A DNA stretch of 64,000 bases from an uncultured Pseudomonadota bacterium (GTDB taxonomy: Bacteria > Oederibacteriota > Muellerivitia > Muellerivitales > Muellerivitaceae). Of the stretch, positions 31,062 to 43,007 are shown one piece after another. Numbering within the stretch: position 1 is the stretch's first letter; each line of letters begins with the position of its first letter. The notes beneath the pieces were generated by a model. It did no database searches. It was given only the letters and a program-made list of their open reading frames with translations, and had not been told where the DNA came from. Location of the stretch: assembly GCA_963836235.1 (NCBI GenBank), contig CAWIIP010000002.1, positions 224,001-288,000 of the forward strand. The letters run 5' to 3'. A program made the translations under genes and the position numbers.

Positions 31062-34000
31062 CTCGGGTCCGTGCTCGTCACATTCACGTAATAAGTACCG
31101 TTACTCACCGGCGTCCCCGACTGGTTCGTCCCATCCCACGACGCGATCACCACCCCGCCCACCATCACATACGTCTTCCCTTCCAGGCTCGTGATCGTCG
31201 CTCCCGTCAGCGTGAAGCTCTTCACTTCCTGCGACAGCTCCTGCACCCAGATATCCTTCACCAGCTCTCCCGCCTCATTATACACCGCCACTTCCACCTT
31301 ATAAATCGCCGCCACCGTGATACTCACCGACGCCTTCTGCGGCACCGGGTTACCCGCGTAGGTCAATTGCGCGTTGTTCGTCAATACCGTGCCGCCCGGC
31401 AACAGATTACCCACTATTGCCTGGTACGTCAGCGTCACCGCTCCCACCGGCAAGCTCGGGAAAGTCCAGCTCAAGTTATTTCCCACCGCGCTCGTCACTC
31501 CACCCGGCGGGACCAACGCGAAGCTCGCGAAAGTCATATTCGCCGGCAGTTGGTCGCTCACCGTCACCGAACTGGCCGCCGCCTCCACCACGTTCAAGAT
31601 CAGGCTATAAGTCACCAAATCCCCCGATTGGGCCACCGTTTCCGAGGTTTTCTTCACGATGCTCACTCCTGGCGTTGGTGTGAAGGTAAAGGTCGGCGTC
31701 GGGGTGTAGCTATAGGTATAGGTAGACGTAAAGGTATAGGTCGACGTCGGGGTCGAGCTTGCCGTCGCCGTCGCTGTGTTCGTCGCCGTATTCGTCGGCG
31801 TCTTTGTGTTTGTTGGCGTTGCCGTATTCGTTACCGTCCACGATGGCGTGAAAGTATAGGTATTCGTGAATGTCGCGGTGTTCGTAGGCGTATTGGTCGC
31901 AGTGAAGGTATTCGTAGCGGTCGCTGTGGGCGTATTCGTCTTCGTGTTCGTGGCCGTATAGCTATTCGTCGGCGTATCCGTATTCGTGGGCGTATTCGTT
32001 GCCGTCAAAGTGTCGGTCATTGTCGGCGTATTCGTCGCGGTAAAGGTATTCGTGGGCGTTCGGCTCGGCGTGGCAGTGGCGGTATCCGTCGGCGTATTGG
32101 TCACCGTAAACGTATTTGTCGGGGTTGCCGTCGAAGTCAAGGTCGCCGTATTCGTCGCCGTGAAGGTATCCGTAGGCGTTCGGCTTGGCGTCGGGGTGGC
32201 CGTATCCGTGGGCGTATTGGTCACCGTAAACGTATTCGTCGCCGTGAAGGTCGCCGTCGCCGTATTGCTCAAGGTGGGAGTAGGCGTATTCGTCGTCGTA
32301 TTCGTCACTGTATAGCTATTCGTCGGCGTTGAACTGGCGGTCGCTGTCGCCGTGTTCGTCGCTGTATTGGTGGGAAGTGGCGTGTTGGTCCAGGTAGAAG
32401 TAGCGGTGTTCGTCGGAGTAGACGTCATCGTGGGAGTTATTACATCCGTGTGGGTATTGGTAGGCGTAATGGTCGCCGTGTTGGTGGCGCTATTCGTGCT
32501 CGTGACAGTGGCGGTCGCCGTATTGGTAACAGTCTTCGTGGCTGTACTGGTGGCGCTGTTGGTTTGGGTGCTCGTGTTGGTCGTGGTTGAGGTAACCGTC
32601 GAGGTAGCCGTGGACACCGCCGTGGAAGTCGCCGTGCCCGTGGGAATCATCGTAACCGTGTTCGTCACGGTCGCCGTCGGCGGGGCGCTTGTCGTCGCCA
32701 CCGTCGTCGCGGTCGCTACCGATGTGGGCGTTGCCGTCGGAACCGCAACCGTAGCCACGGCCGTGGCCGTCGGGACTGAAGTCGCCGTGGAAGTCACCGT
32801 CGAGGTTGGCGTATTTGTGTTCGTCACCGTGGACGTGGCCGTATTGGTTTTGGTCATCGTGCTAGTAGCGGAAGCCGTGGCCGTCGAGGTCGTCGAAGAC
32901 GTCGCGGTGCTCGTCGTGGTACTTGTCGCCGAAGAAGTAGCCGAAGCCGTCGTAGTTGCGGTTTTAGTCGTCGTGCTGGTCGTACTGCTGGTGGCAGACG
33001 CCGTCGCCGACGCGGTCGTCGTGCTAGTGGCCGAAGAAGTAGCCGTGGCGACGGCGGTTGCGGTAGACGTGGCAACAGCGGTCGCAGTACTGGTTTTGGT
33101 GGTTGTACTCGTCGTACTACTCGTAACCGACGACGTCGCCGATGCGGTCGTTGTACTGGTCGCCGAAGAAGTAGTCGTAGCCGTAGTCGTTTTAGTAGGG
33201 GTCGGCGTAGGAGTGGTGGTCGGGGTGGGGATTGGGGTGTTCGTTGGGGTCTTGGTCGGCGTAGGTGATGGAGGGCAGTTACCAGTAAATTGGAAAGACT
33301 GGAATGTCGAGTTTTCGCAATTGTTGGCGCTTATCCCCATTTCCCCAGTGGTACACCCGCTCCCCGTAAAAGTCGCTGAAGCCGATGCCGAACTGAGGCC
33401 AGCCTGGGAAGTGGCAAGAGATACAATATATTGGCAACTACTATTCACTACCACCTGTACCCATGCGGGACAGCTACTGATGGGCGAACCCGCCGGAACT
33501 GTCGCCGTGGAAACTGTAGATGCAACCCCAGCGGTATAAGAAACCCATTCCAGGGTTCCCGTATTGGAGGAACCGTTGTTAAAGAATTGAAGTCCGTAGC
33601 CGTTCCCCGTCGTGGGGTTATACCCAAAAACCAAGCCTCCCAAATTACCGCCGTTTACGTTTTCGCACATGGAAACCTGCAAGGTTCCAGGCCCGCTTTG
33701 AACCGAGTTGTTTACCAAAAAGTTGTTCAGACCATTGCAACTTGAACTCATGGAAACCGAGCCGCCGCCTACACCCCAAGAGCCCTCACCGGGTGGGTTG
33801 GTTCCCATCACCCATCCGGAAGGTATAAAAGTACCACCGAAACTTGTGGTGACTGAACATTCGGGTGTCGGGTTGCAATCGTATTCTGCCACCAGAGCCT
33901 GTTGCCAAAAACTCGACTTGGCATATTGGGTCCCAAGGTCTAATCCCCACTGCAAGCTGGTAGCCCCACCCTGGAAATTCATACCCAAATCATAATTTCG

Positions 34001-35773
34001 ATCCCGATCCGAAGTTCCACCACCGGTACCTGGGCAGTTCAAGACACCTGGTGCGCTACTCCAAACTGCGGGTCCTCCATTGTTAGAGCCTCCGGTATTG
34101 GCTGCCGGGCCCGAACCATAAGGATCTACTGTGTCTTTGTCACCATTGGTGCCTGACCAGCATTCCTGAGCCCCGCCCACCACCGATAGCTTCGTGTTCG
34201 AAGTGGAACAACTCATCCCCAAACAGGCCCAGTTCAGGTCCGCATCGGGGGGAGCCGCACCATAAGCAATTACCCCATTTTCCTCGATATGCCACGCGCT
34301 ATTGCCATCGGCGATGGCCACGGCGTTGTTGCTGGTGACCGCCGGGTTGGTATAAAGCTCCACCAGCGATTCTCCCACGCAACTACCACCAGGAGTTATG
34401 GGATAGACATCTTGTTTTCCGCCCGCACCAGCGGTCCCCCCTAATAAGGTTGTACTTATGGGATAGCGGATATTGTAAAAAGTATTAGCGTACCCGCCAT
34501 AGGTGACTCCCGCACCCTCTTGCGTGCCTGCAGGTGTAGTCGACCCGTTAAAGCTAACTCCCGTGAGCACAGGTGGTGCGCCGTTTGAACCGTAATCGTA
34601 CTCGACATAAAGAAAAGCCGTTACCGGCGTTGCGCCTGGGGGCAGTGTTACGGTTAGGGCCTGACCACAGGTACCTCCCACAACGGTCTCCTGCAAACCA
34701 ACACCTTCGGCCACCAATTGTTGGGTTTGGGAGGATCCAGGCGCAGGGTTCCCTGAGGCACAGGATGCAACCGTGATATCCCCTGGAAGCGGTGTAGAAA
34801 TCGGAACGGTAGGGGTAGACGTGAATTGGGGTGTCGCGGTGGGCGAACCCGGTGTATTCGTTTTAGTGGGAGTCTGGGTAATTGTAGGTGTTAAGGTAAT
34901 CGTCGGTGTGTTCGTTGGTCCCGGACCTGGAACTTGATTGGTAGTCGCACTGACAGTACCGCAGCTCCCCACGCTGAGGGGGCCGATCGTGACTGAACCT
35001 CCCGCGCCATCCTTCACATCGAAATAAAAGGGGCCCGTGGTACCATTCAGATTACCGCTACTAGTTCCCCAATAATTATTTCCACCCACCCCATTCGCCC
35101 CCAAAACCAATGCGGTAAAAGGGCCTCCACTGCTGGTGGCATAGCCAACACTAACAATTGGAAACAAAGCATCCATGAATTGAATCGGGTCATAACCGGA
35201 ACTACATCCGGATTTCCATTCGTATGTGATATCGCCTGAGGAATCACCAGCCATAAGACTCAATGGACACGGAACAAATTTCCATTGGATGTTGAGTTGC
35301 CCATAACTGGTATTACCCGTCAATGCTTGCCACGCCTGTTGGGTTAAGTCCAATTGGTTGGCGGTCGTACAAGAGGGACAGCTATTATCGATCATCACTG
35401 TAATGGCTTCCGCGGCACCGGTTACGGTTACTGCCGCACAAGCGCCACAGGCCAAACCATTCTGGTAGTCATCTTCTCCGGAAGCGGAGTTAATGGCTGC
35501 GCTAATATCAGTGTCATTTGCCGCAGGAAAACCGCAAGCGCCCGTTCCCGCGGAAAAAGAATAAGCTGTTGCCATCGAGGTGTAGGTATAAGTAGAAGAA
35601 TTATAATTAGCGGTGCTGTAATTAATTTGAGCTTGTAGAGAAGAAATGAATCCCAAGAATAAAAGTAAGAACAACAATGCCGAAGTCGTTCTAGGGTCCA
35701 AAAGATGAATGAACCTAAGAAAGAGAGTCTTCACAGACTCTAAATAATTAATTTTTTTATACTCGTTTATCAT
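30404..35773 (-). CDS. Giant secreted protein: expansin (DPBB+CBM63-like), Cys-rich domain(s), Thr/Pro-rich stalk, DUF11, FlgD-Ig-like repeats, T9SS-like C-terminus
   Basis: [25 protein letters not shown] and [10 protein letters not shown] (expansin); TNTPT repeats; [10 protein letters not shown]...VSDQLPAN (DUF11); [10 protein letters not shown] and WDGT...G.Y (FlgD-Ig-like). Confidence 0.85.
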   Translation of the reverse strand: MINEYKKINYLESVKTLFLRFIHLLDPRTTSALLFLLLFLGFISSLQAQINYSTANYNSSTYTYTSMATAYSFSAGTGACGFPAANDTDISAAINSASGEDDYQNGLACGACAAVTVTGAAEAITVMIDNSCPSCTTANQLDLTQQAWQALTGNTSYGQLNIQWKFVPCPLSLMAGDSSGDITYEWKSGCSSGYDPIQFMDALFPIVSVGYATSSGGPFTALVLGANGVGGNNYWGTSSGNLNGTTGPFYFDVKDGAGGSVTIGPLSVGSCGTVSATTNQVPGPGPTNTPTITLTPTITQTPTKTNTPGSPTATPQFTSTPTVPISTPLPGDITVASCASGNPAPGSSQTQQLVAEGVGLQETVVGGTCGQALTVTLPPGATPVTAFLYVEYDYGSNGAPPVLTGVSFNGSTTPAGTQEGAGVTYGGYANTFYNIRYPISTTLLGGTAGAGGKQDVYPITPGGSCVGESLVELYTNPAVTSNNAVAIADGNSAWHIEENGVIAYGAAPPDADLNWACLGMSCSTSNTKLSVVGGAQECWSGTNGDKDTVDPYGSGPAANTGGSNNGGPAVWSSAPGVLNCPGTGGGTSDRDRNYDLGMNFQGGATSLQWGLDLGTQYAKSSFWQQALVAEYDCNPTPECSVTTSFGGTFIPSGWVMGTNPPGEGSWGVGGGSVSMSSSCNGLNNFLVNNSVQSGPGTLQVSMCENVNGGNLGGLVFGYNPTTGNGYGLQFFNNGSSNTGTLEWVSYTAGVASTVSTATVPAGSPISSCPAWVQVVVNSSCQYIVSLATSQAGLSSASASATFTGSGCTTGEMGISANNCENSTFQSFQFTGNCPPSPTPTKTPTNTPIPTPTTTPTPTPTKTTTATTTSSATSTTTASATSSVTSSTTSTTTKTSTATAVATSTATAVATATSSATSTTTASATASATSSTTSTTTKTATTTASATSSATSTTTSTATSSTTSTATASATSTMTKTNTATSTVTNTNTPTSTVTSTATSVPTATAVATVAVPTATPTSVATATTVATTSAPPTATVTNTVTMIPTGTATSTAVSTATSTVTSTTTNTSTQTNSATSTATKTVTNTATATVTSTNSATNTATITPTNTHTDVITPTMTSTPTNTATSTWTNTPLPTNTATNTATATASSTPTNSYTVTNTTTNTPTPTLSNTATATFTATNTFTVTNTPTDTATPTPSRTPTDTFTATNTATLTSTATPTNTFTVTNTPTDTATATPSRTPTNTFTATNTPTMTDTLTATNTPTNTDTPTNSYTATNTKTNTPTATATNTFTATNTPTNTATFTNTYTFTPSWTVTNTATPTNTKTPTNTATNTATATASSTPTSTYTFTSTYTYSYTPTPTFTFTPTPGVSIVKKTSETVAQSGDLVTYSLILNVVEAAASSVTVSDQLPANMTFASFALVPPGGVTSAVGNNLSWTFPSLPVGAVTLTYQAIVGNLLPGGTVLTNNAQLTYAGNPVPQKASVSITVAAIYKVEVAVYNEAGELVKDIWVQELSQEVKSFTLTGATITSLEGKTYVMVGGVVIASWDGTNQSGTPVSNGTYYVNVTSTDPSGVVTNVSQTVTVSRSIAQVVVDVYNEAGEVVKHLYSYADDPGNVSLGEVALSTGMIAPRVGTPTPGGDNSVTITFNGTSVVWDGTSDNGSIVTNGVYEISVNWTNGSGGEEVVSKSVIVQRGNSPVTNGNVYAAPNILKGTDTTKVKVESTTDMTLTASVYDVAGELVKKPVTGTPGTNEVDLNLSGLSSGLYIVVVNLNDLNGTFVQKQTTKVLIQR

Positions 35774-36180
35774 CTTAACCTTTAGACCTTCAAAAACGAT
35801 TTTAGTGCAGGCCCCAAACCCTAAATCAGCACTTAAAAAATGTAATATTAAGTTAGATTAACAGCAATATTGATGCCTTTTGAAAAACTAACCTCATGTA
35901 CTCCTAAATTACATAAAATATAGCAGAAATCAGATTTTTGGTGAAATTGTTCTGCAAAAGCGGTTTCACATTAAATTGGCAAAAAACAACAAAAAACTGA
36001 CAATAAAAGACAAATTTTCTGCGATGGAAATAAGGCACCAAGAATTTTAGGGTCACAGGATCGATCAATGATGTGAATTTTTGAAGGGACCAATTGGTTT
36101 AAATTTTTATATCTAACAAAAATAGATATGATTTCGCCGATACATCGACAAAAAATTAATTAGAACAACTTGGGAACCAA

Positions 36181-36838
36181 TTACCTTTGGATGAGGACTT
36201 TGGTGGTCTGTTTCTGCACGAAGGTGCCGTTGAGATCGTTCAAGTTCACCACCACGATGTAAAGGCCGCTGGATAATCCCGACAGGTTCAGGTCCACTTC
36301 GTTCGTCCCTGGGGTTCCCGTGACCGGCTTCTTCACCAATTCTCCCGCCACGTCATACACACTCGCCGTCAACGTCATGTCCGTCGTCGATTCCACCTTC
36401 ACCTTCGTCGTGTCCGTCCCCTTCAGGATGTTCGGCGCCGCGTACACGTTCCCGTTCGTCACCGGGCTGTTCCCTCTCTGCACAATCACGCTCTTTGATA
36501 CCACTTCCTCCCCACCGCTCCCATTCGTCCAGTTCACCGATATCTCATATACCCCGTTCGTCACGATCGACCCGTTATCACTCGTTCCATCCCACACCAC
36601 CGACGTCCCATTGAACGTAATCGTCACTGAATTGTCCCCGCCCGGCGTCGGCGTCCCAACCCTCGGCGCGATCATCCCCGTCGATAACGCCACCTCCCCC
36701 AAGGACACGTTCCCAGGGTCATCCGCGTAGCTATACAAATGCTTCACCACTTCTCCCGCCTCGTTGTACACATCCACCACCACCTGCGCGATCGACCGGC
36801 TCACCGTCACCGTCTGCGATACGTTCGTCACCACTCCG
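36181..36838. repeat. 658-bp direct repeat, copy 2
   Basis: Identical to 30404-31061 by eye. Confidence 0.9.
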
Positions 36839-39800
36839 AAGGGGTCTGTGCTGGTTAATTGAATGTAATAAATACCATTACTCACCGGCGTCCCCGACTG
36901 GTTCGTCCCATCCCACGACGCGATCACCACCCCGCCCACCATCACATACGTCTTCCCTTCCAGGCTCGTGATCGTCGCTCCCGATAAAGTATAGTTGTTA
37001 ATGCCTTGTGATAATTCTTGTGTTGATATCTGATCTATCAATTCCCCAGCCGAGTTATAAACCCCAATCTTTACAGTGTAGGCCGCCGCCATATTGACGT
37101 TTACCGATGTTTTCTTGGGAGTGGTTAATCCCGCATAGGTCACTTGGGCGTTATTGGTTAAAACGGTCCCTTGGGGAACATAACCCGCCACTTGTGCCTG
37201 ATAAGTGAAGCTATAGGTCCCCACCGGGAGCGAACCCCAGCTCACCGTCAGGGTCTTAGTAGCGGCGGCATAACCCGTCACCCCTCCTGATGGAATAGTC
37301 CCAAAACCGACAAAAGTCAGATCAGGTGGAAGAATGTCGTTCACCACCACATTGTTAGCAGGTCCCACGGGCACATTCAGGCCAATTGTATAAGTAATGA
37401 TGTCGTTGACCTGGGCTACCAGTTCCGAGGCTTTCTTACTGATCTCAACATCCGGCGTGGGAGTGAAGGTATTGGTCGGCGTAAAAGTGTTAGTAGGAGT
37501 TGAAGTACTGGTGAAGGTATAAGTAGCGGTCGGAGTATTTGTGGGAGTGAAGCTTGCTGTAAATGTTTTCGTATTTGTAGGTGTGTTGGTTGCGGTGTAA
37601 GTATTCGTGTGAGTAAAAGTGTTCGTGATCGTAAAGGTAGCCGTATTCGTCACCGTCGCAGTGGGAGTATTTGTCGGCACGGGAGTGTTGGTATTGGTTG
37701 GGGTGAAAGTCGTGGTCGGGGTGGCCGTGTTGGTCGTGGTATTGGACGGCGTAAAGGTATCGGTCTTGGTCGAAGTCGCCGTATTCGTCGGAGTGTTGGT
37801 AGGACTGAAAGTCGAAGTACTGGTAAAAGTCGCTGTCAGGGTAGCCGTGTTTGTCGAAGTGTTGGTTTGTGTGTAAGTATTGGTGTTGGTCAAGGTAGCT
37901 GTATTCGTCGGGGTATTGGTTGTGGTGAAAGTAAAAACCGGCGTATTCGTAGATGTGGCGGTGGCGCTATTTTTAGGAGTTTGGGTAAGAGTCAGGGTCG
38001 GACTATTTGTGGCCGTATCAGACGGCGTATTGGTCGGAGTGAAAGTGTAAGTATGCGTGGGGGTAAAGCTGGGAGTCGAAGTAGGGGTATTGGTTGGGGT
38101 ACTCGTTGCTGTCGGCGTAATGATGTCCGTATTCGTCGGTGTCATTGTAATCGTATTCGTCGCCGTATTAGTGGCAGTATTCGTCGGAGTTGACGTAGAG
38201 GTCCGAGTCGGAGTGTTCGTAGGTGTATTTGTCGGCGTCGGAGTGACCGTATTTGTTGAGGTATTCGTGGAAGTGTTGGTCATCGTATTCGTAGCTGTGT
38301 TCGTCGGCGTATTGGTTAATGTGAAAGTAGGGGTATTGGTTGGGGTACTCGTTGCCGTCGGCGTGATAATAGCCGTATTTGTCGGTGTCATCGTAATCGT
38401 ATTCGTCGCCGTATTAGTTGCGGTATTGGTAGGCGTGGTGGTAGCCGTAACCGTCACCGTCTTAGTAGGAGTTGCGGTAACGGTATTCGTGGCCGTAGGG
38501 GTCGTTGTATTCGTCACGGTATTCGTAGGCGTGTTGGTGGTAGTCGCCGTTGGAGTCGGTGTGGTCGTATTCGTCGGCGTATTGGTCGGGGTGAACGTTG
38601 GGGTATTAGTTAGGGTGTTAGTGACGGTCGGAGTAATGACGTCGGTATTTGTCGGCGTCATCGTAATCGTATTGGTAGCCGAACTCGTGGCTGAATTTGT
38701 AGATGTCGAAGTAGGCGTTCGGGTGGGAGTGTTGGTCAAAGTATTCGTGGGTGTGTTGGTGGTGGTATTCGTGGCTGTTGAAGTTGGTGTATTGGTAGTT
38801 GTTGGAGTTGGAGTATTAGTAGGTGTATTCGTCGGCGTAATAGTAACAGTATTTGTCGGGGTGTTGGTACGTGTAAGAGTCAAAGTATTTGTCGAAGTAT
38901 TCGTAGCTGTGTTCGTGGCGGTATTCGTCGCTGTGTTTACCAGCGTATTGGTCGCTGTATTGGTTGCCGTATTTGTCGCAGTTATGGTGGCGGAGTTGGT
39001 GGTAGTTGCCGTAGCCGTCGCGGTCGCTGAACTAGTTGGGGTATTAGTTGTAGTGGCCGTCGTGGTCTTAGTAGTAGTACTAGTCGCAGAAGCAGTTGCA
39101 GAATTGGTGGCAGTCGCCGTAGCCGTCGAGGTTGCTGAACTGGTTGTGGAAGCAGAAGCGGAGTTAGTAGCTGAAGCGGTCGCAGAATTTGTTGCGGTAG
39201 ACGTCGTGGTTTTAGTAGTGGTACTAGTTGCAGAAGCAGTCGCTGAGTTGGTGGTAGTTGCCGTAGCCGTCGAGGTCGCTGAACTGGTTGTGGAAGCAGA
39301 AGCGGAGTTAGTAGCTGAAGCGGTCGCAGAATTTGTTGCGGTTGCCGTTGTGGTTTTAGTGGTGGTACCAGTCGCAGAAGCGGTCGCCGAATTGGTGGTG
39401 GTCGCCGTAGCCGTCGAAGTGGCTGAACTAGTCGTGGTGCTGGTTGTGGTGGCAGTGGTCGTTTTTGTTGTCGTAGCGGTTTTCGAATTAGTGGCACTAG
39501 CTGTTGTAGTTGAGGTGGCAGAGGTTGTCGCGGAAGCCGTGGTTGTGCTAGTGGCTGAAGCGGTCGCGGAGTTCGTAGCCGTGGATGTCTCTGTTTTGGT
39601 TGCCGTATTGGTTGCGCTCGGTGTAGGGGTAGAGGTGGGGGTCTGGGTTGGTGTATTCGTCGGGGTTCTGGTTGGGGTATTCGTAGGTGTCGGAGTGGCG
39701 CAGTTCCCGGTAAATTGGAATGACTGGAACTCCGAATTTTCGCAATTGTTCGCGCTTATCCCCATATACCCGCTCGAACAACCGCTTCCCGTGAAAGTCG

Positions 39801-41346
39801 CCGAAGCCGTAGCCGAACTGAGGCCAGCTTGGGAAGTGGCAAGAGACACAATATATTGGCAACTACCGTTCACCACCACCTGCACCCAAGAGGGACAGCT
39901 ACTAATGGGCGAGCCTATCGGAAGCGTTGCCGTGGCAACCGTGGTTGCGGCCCCCGTTGTGACAGAGCCGCTATAAGTCACCCAGTAAAGGGTGCCCGTA
40001 TTACCAGACCCATTGTTAAAGAATTGAAGTCCGTAACCGTTGCCCGTCGTCGGGTTATACCCAAAAACCAAACCACCGAAGTTGCCCCCGTTAGTTTTCG
40101 TACACATTGAAACTTGAAGGGTTCCCGGACCGCTTTGAACCTGGTTATTCACCAAGAAATTATTGAGTCCATTGCAACTCGAACTCATGGAAACTGATCC
40201 GCCGCTCTCACTCCATGTGCCTTCACCAGGCGGGTTTGTTCCCATCACCCATCCAGCGGGCACAAAGGTGCTTCCGAAACTCGTAGTAACCGAACATTGT
40301 TGAGTGGGATTACAATCGTACTCCGCCACTAGAGCTTGCTGCCAAAAACTCGACTTGGCGTATTGGGTACCCACGTTTAATCCCCACTCCAAGCTGGCGG
40401 CTCCGCTTTGAAAATTCGTCCCCAAATCATAATTGCGAACACGATCCGATGAGCCCCCGCCGGTACCTGGACAATTGAGAACACCTGGCGGACTACTATA
40501 AACTGGTGGATTTCCGTTATTGCTTCCCCCCGTATTAGTAGCCGGGCCAGAACCATAAGGATCGACTTGGTCCTGGTCCCCATTTATGCCTGACCAGCAT
40601 TCTTGCGCTCCACCCGCAACCGACAGCTTCGTATCCGAAGTGGAACAGCTCAGACCTAGGCAAGACCAGTTCAAATCGGCATCAGGTGGGGCCGCTCCGT
40701 AAACAATCTCTCCATTCTCCTCAATGTGCCATGCGCTGTTGCCGTCCGCGATGGCCACGGCGTTGGTGCTGGTAACCGCCGGGTTGGTATAAAGCATCAC
40801 GAGCGATTCCCCGGCGCAACTACCTCCAGGAGTGACTGGATAAACATACTGAGCACCACCGGCACCCGCCGTTCCATCCAACAGGGTTGGGCTAATCGGA
40901 TAACGAATGTTATAAAAAGTATTGGCATATCCCCCGTAGGTGACCCCAGCCCCTTCCTGGGTACCCACAGGCGTAGTAGAGCCGTTAAAATTCACTCCAG
41001 TAAGTACAGCCGGGGCACCATTTGAACCATAATCATATTCAACGTACAAAAAAGCCGTCACCGGGATGGCACTCGGGGGAAGAGTAACGGTAAGGGCAGA
41101 ACCACAAGTGCCCCCCACAACGGTTTCCTGGAGGCCAACGCCCTCAGCTACCAATTGTTGCGTTTGAGAAGACCCCGGAGCGGGGTTTCCTGAGGCACAG
41201 CCAGTATTGAAAGTGACTTGGGCGAAGGATTTATTGGCCAACGAGAGAGAAAAAAGCAAAACAAATACTTTGCAAAGTTTCGTATTGAAACCTTGCTGAA
41301 AAAATTTTGAAAAAACTTTAAATCGAATTGACATTTTTTTCATCAT
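36181..41346 (-). CDS. Giant secreted paralogue lacking the expansin: Cys-rich domain(s), Thr-rich stalk, DUF11, FlgD-Ig-like, T9SS-like C-terminus
   Basis: Signal peptide ending SFAQ. Shares the [10 protein letters not shown]...FQFTGNC block and the C-terminal 218 aa with 30404-35773. Confidence 0.85.
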   Translation of the reverse strand: MMKKMSIRFKVFSKFFQQGFNTKLCKVFVLLFSLSLANKSFAQVTFNTGCASGNPAPGSSQTQQLVAEGVGLQETVVGGTCGSALTVTLPPSAIPVTAFLYVEYDYGSNGAPAVLTGVNFNGSTTPVGTQEGAGVTYGGYANTFYNIRYPISPTLLDGTAGAGGAQYVYPVTPGGSCAGESLVMLYTNPAVTSTNAVAIADGNSAWHIEENGEIVYGAAPPDADLNWSCLGLSCSTSDTKLSVAGGAQECWSGINGDQDQVDPYGSGPATNTGGSNNGNPPVYSSPPGVLNCPGTGGGSSDRVRNYDLGTNFQSGAASLEWGLNVGTQYAKSSFWQQALVAEYDCNPTQQCSVTTSFGSTFVPAGWVMGTNPPGEGTWSESGGSVSMSSSCNGLNNFLVNNQVQSGPGTLQVSMCTKTNGGNFGGLVFGYNPTTGNGYGLQFFNNGSGNTGTLYWVTYSGSVTTGAATTVATATLPIGSPISSCPSWVQVVVNGSCQYIVSLATSQAGLSSATASATFTGSGCSSGYMGISANNCENSEFQSFQFTGNCATPTPTNTPTRTPTNTPTQTPTSTPTPSATNTATKTETSTATNSATASATSTTTASATTSATSTTTASATNSKTATTTKTTTATTTSTTTSSATSTATATTTNSATASATGTTTKTTTATATNSATASATNSASASTTSSATSTATATTTNSATASATSTTTKTTTSTATNSATASATNSASASTTSSATSTATATATNSATASATSTTTKTTTATTTNTPTSSATATATATTTNSATITATNTATNTATNTLVNTATNTATNTATNTSTNTLTLTRTNTPTNTVTITPTNTPTNTPTPTTTNTPTSTATNTTTNTPTNTLTNTPTRTPTSTSTNSATSSATNTITMTPTNTDVITPTVTNTLTNTPTFTPTNTPTNTTTPTPTATTTNTPTNTVTNTTTPTATNTVTATPTKTVTVTATTTPTNTATNTATNTITMTPTNTAIITPTATSTPTNTPTFTLTNTPTNTATNTMTNTSTNTSTNTVTPTPTNTPTNTPTRTSTSTPTNTATNTATNTITMTPTNTDIITPTATSTPTNTPTSTPSFTPTHTYTFTPTNTPSDTATNSPTLTLTQTPKNSATATSTNTPVFTFTTTNTPTNTATLTNTNTYTQTNTSTNTATLTATFTSTSTFSPTNTPTNTATSTKTDTFTPSNTTTNTATPTTTFTPTNTNTPVPTNTPTATVTNTATFTITNTFTHTNTYTATNTPTNTKTFTASFTPTNTPTATYTFTSTSTPTNTFTPTNTFTPTPDVEISKKASELVAQVNDIITYTIGLNVPVGPANNVVVNDILPPDLTFVGFGTIPSGGVTGYAAATKTLTVSWGSLPVGTYSFTYQAQVAGYVPQGTVLTNNAQVTYAGLTTPKKTSVNVNMAAAYTVKIGVYNSAGELIDQISTQELSQGINNYTLSGATITSLEGKTYVMVGGVVIASWDGTNQSGTPVSNGIYYIQLTSTDPFGVVTNVSQTVTVSRSIAQVVVDVYNEAGEVVKHLYSYADDPGNVSLGEVALSTGMIAPRVGTPTPGGDNSVTITFNGTSVVWDGTSDNGSIVTNGVYEISVNWTNGSGGEEVVSKSVIVQRGNSPVTNGNVYAAPNILKGTDTTKVKVESTTDMTLTASVYDVAGELVKKPVTGTPGTNEVDLNLSGLSSGLYIVVVNLNDLNGTFVQKQTTKVLIQR
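39060..39420 (-). repeat. Intragenic 144-bp (48-aa) tandem repeat in the Thr/Ala stalk
   Basis: agccgtcgaggt(t/c)gctgaactggttgtggaagcagaagcggagttagtagctgaagcggtcgcagaatttgttgcggt at 39121 and 39265. Confidence 0.75.
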
Positions 41347-41789
41347 CCACCATCTATCAATTTTTAAATGCTGCTTACGCCATCCGTTGTGGTTTATCGC
41401 TTCAAACTCATCGACTTAAACCGATTTAAACCAAAAATCGTTTTTTTGACTGTTCAAAAAAGATTTCTCGTTCACCTTTTAGACGGTTGCTTGGATTTTT
41501 ATTACAATTTATTGTGAAAGCGTTGTGAAAGCGGTGTCGAATTGCTTTTCTAAAACTTAGCTCTTTGTTACCATGAATATAATATATATCGCTTTTTCGA
41601 TAAAACCATGCTTTTTAACGAAAAAATGCCCAAACGGTTTCCTAAAGCAAATATGAAGGTTTTTATGCATTTTTAAGGTGTAAGAGTTCCCAATGTGCAA
41701 TGGAACAGTAATGTTATGATTTGCTTGCTTACAGCTTCCCTGAGGCCATCTTTATGCTTTTGTAGTTCTGGAAAAAATCAAAAGGTAAA

Positions 41790-43007
41790 ATGATGAGAAT
41801 TTCAAAAATTTTAAGCTTGATCGTCTTTGGATTTTTGGGCACTGCTTCACTTAGTTACGGAGACTACGGTTGCCACTTCACAATGAGCTCCCGCCTCTTT
41901 ACGCCACTAAATACAGGAGATAAAAAAATCTCCTTTCGCTTTACCTGCCAGCAAGCGATAAATCTCATTGCCGTTTCTTTTTACTGTGAGCAAGCGCAAA
42001 AACCACCGGCTTATAAAATTAGCCTTCAGGAAGATCAAAAGGGACTACCACTTTCCCAACCTTTGGAAACCTCCAGTGTCACGCCTAAGGGAGGTTGTTG
42101 GATTACGGTTCCCATCAACAATCTTTCTCTTCTCTCGGGAAAGGTATATCACTTAGTCATCGAGCAAGATGTCACAAGGGGCGGCCAGCACAAGGTGGGA
42201 CTCATTGATGACAACCATTTTGCTTCAATTGCTTACGGGGACCATCTCAATTCTTTCGATCCGCGAGCTGAAATTCCCGATTCACAACTGAATGTATTGG
42301 TAAGTGAAAATGGTAAATGGAAAACTCTCGATCATCAGCCCCTCTTCGCCCTTCATGGAAGCGGCTCTAAGCTTCAAGGCGTATCCTATGATGATTTTGG
42401 GGATCTCCCCATCCATGGCAACGGAACACCCGGTGACCATTCTAACGATGTGATTCAAGGCGAAGCATTGCATCCTCATTACGGAGTAACAGCTACGGGT
42501 TTCGCCATCCGTGTCCGAAAAATAGGCTCACCCGCTACTCCACTTAACTATCGCGTCTATTCCATCAACTTCATGCAACATAAAACTACTCTGGCGTTCT
42601 CAGGAGTAGCCCTTTTTCCCTCTCGAGCCCCTGTCTCTTACCAATGGGTGACCATCGGCATAAAAAAAGAAGACAATCCCCAGTCTTTTCCGCCTGAATG
42701 CCGCTACATCGTATTCCAAACCGATTCGGGCAAAGGAATATCAGCGGCACCTGGATGTGAGGATTGTTATACCCTCTCGGAAGTTGGAAATTCCGGCGGG
42801 CTCGCAGGGGCGGCGGATCTAAGCTTTGACGGAGGCGCCCATCTCTCCCGTGAAGTCACCTCAACTGACGGTTGGAAAACCTGGGAGGATGCCTTTGAAC
42901 GCGACGCCAACGTGGTGATCCTGGGCCCCGTAGGCTCTGGCTCGGACATACCCACCCCCGGCCCCATTCCCACCCCCGCTCCGGTCATGATGGATATCAT
43001 TCCGTGA
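41790..43007 (+). CDS. Hypothetical secreted protein
   Basis: Signal peptide, 405 aa beta-rich sequence and C-terminal IPTPGPIPTP. Confidence 0.65.
   Translation: MMRISKILSLIVFGFLGTASLSYGDYGCHFTMSSRLFTPLNTGDKKISFRFTCQQAINLIAVSFYCEQAQKPPAYKISLQEDQKGLPLSQPLETSSVTPKGGCWITVPINNLSLLSGKVYHLVIEQDVTRGGQHKVGLIDDNHFASIAYGDHLNSFDPRAEIPDSQLNVLVSENGKWKTLDHQPLFALHGSGSKLQGVSYDDFGDLPIHGNGTPGDHSNDVIQGEALHPHYGVTATGFAIRVRKIGSPATPLNYRVYSINFMQHKTTLAFSGVALFPSRAPVSYQWVTIGIKKEDNPQSFPPECRYIVFQTDSGKGISAAPGCEDCYTLSEVGNSGGLAGAADLSFDGGAHLSREVTSTDGWKTWEDAFERDANVVILGPVGSGSDIPTPGPIPTPAPVMMDIIP

Noticed and set aside
30404-36983. Diversity-generating retroelement (TR/VR pair)
   Set aside because: The copies are identical rather than adenine-specifically varied, both lie in coding C-termini, and there is no reverse transcriptase in the window. 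The rluD and desaturase tail differences are also not adenine-specific.
38057-39976. 639-aa Val-rich ORF on + strand (also 32352-33539, 31986-32315 and similar)
   Set aside because: Antisense shadow of the Thr/Asn/Pro repeat codons of the giant minus-strand genes; no independent coding signal.
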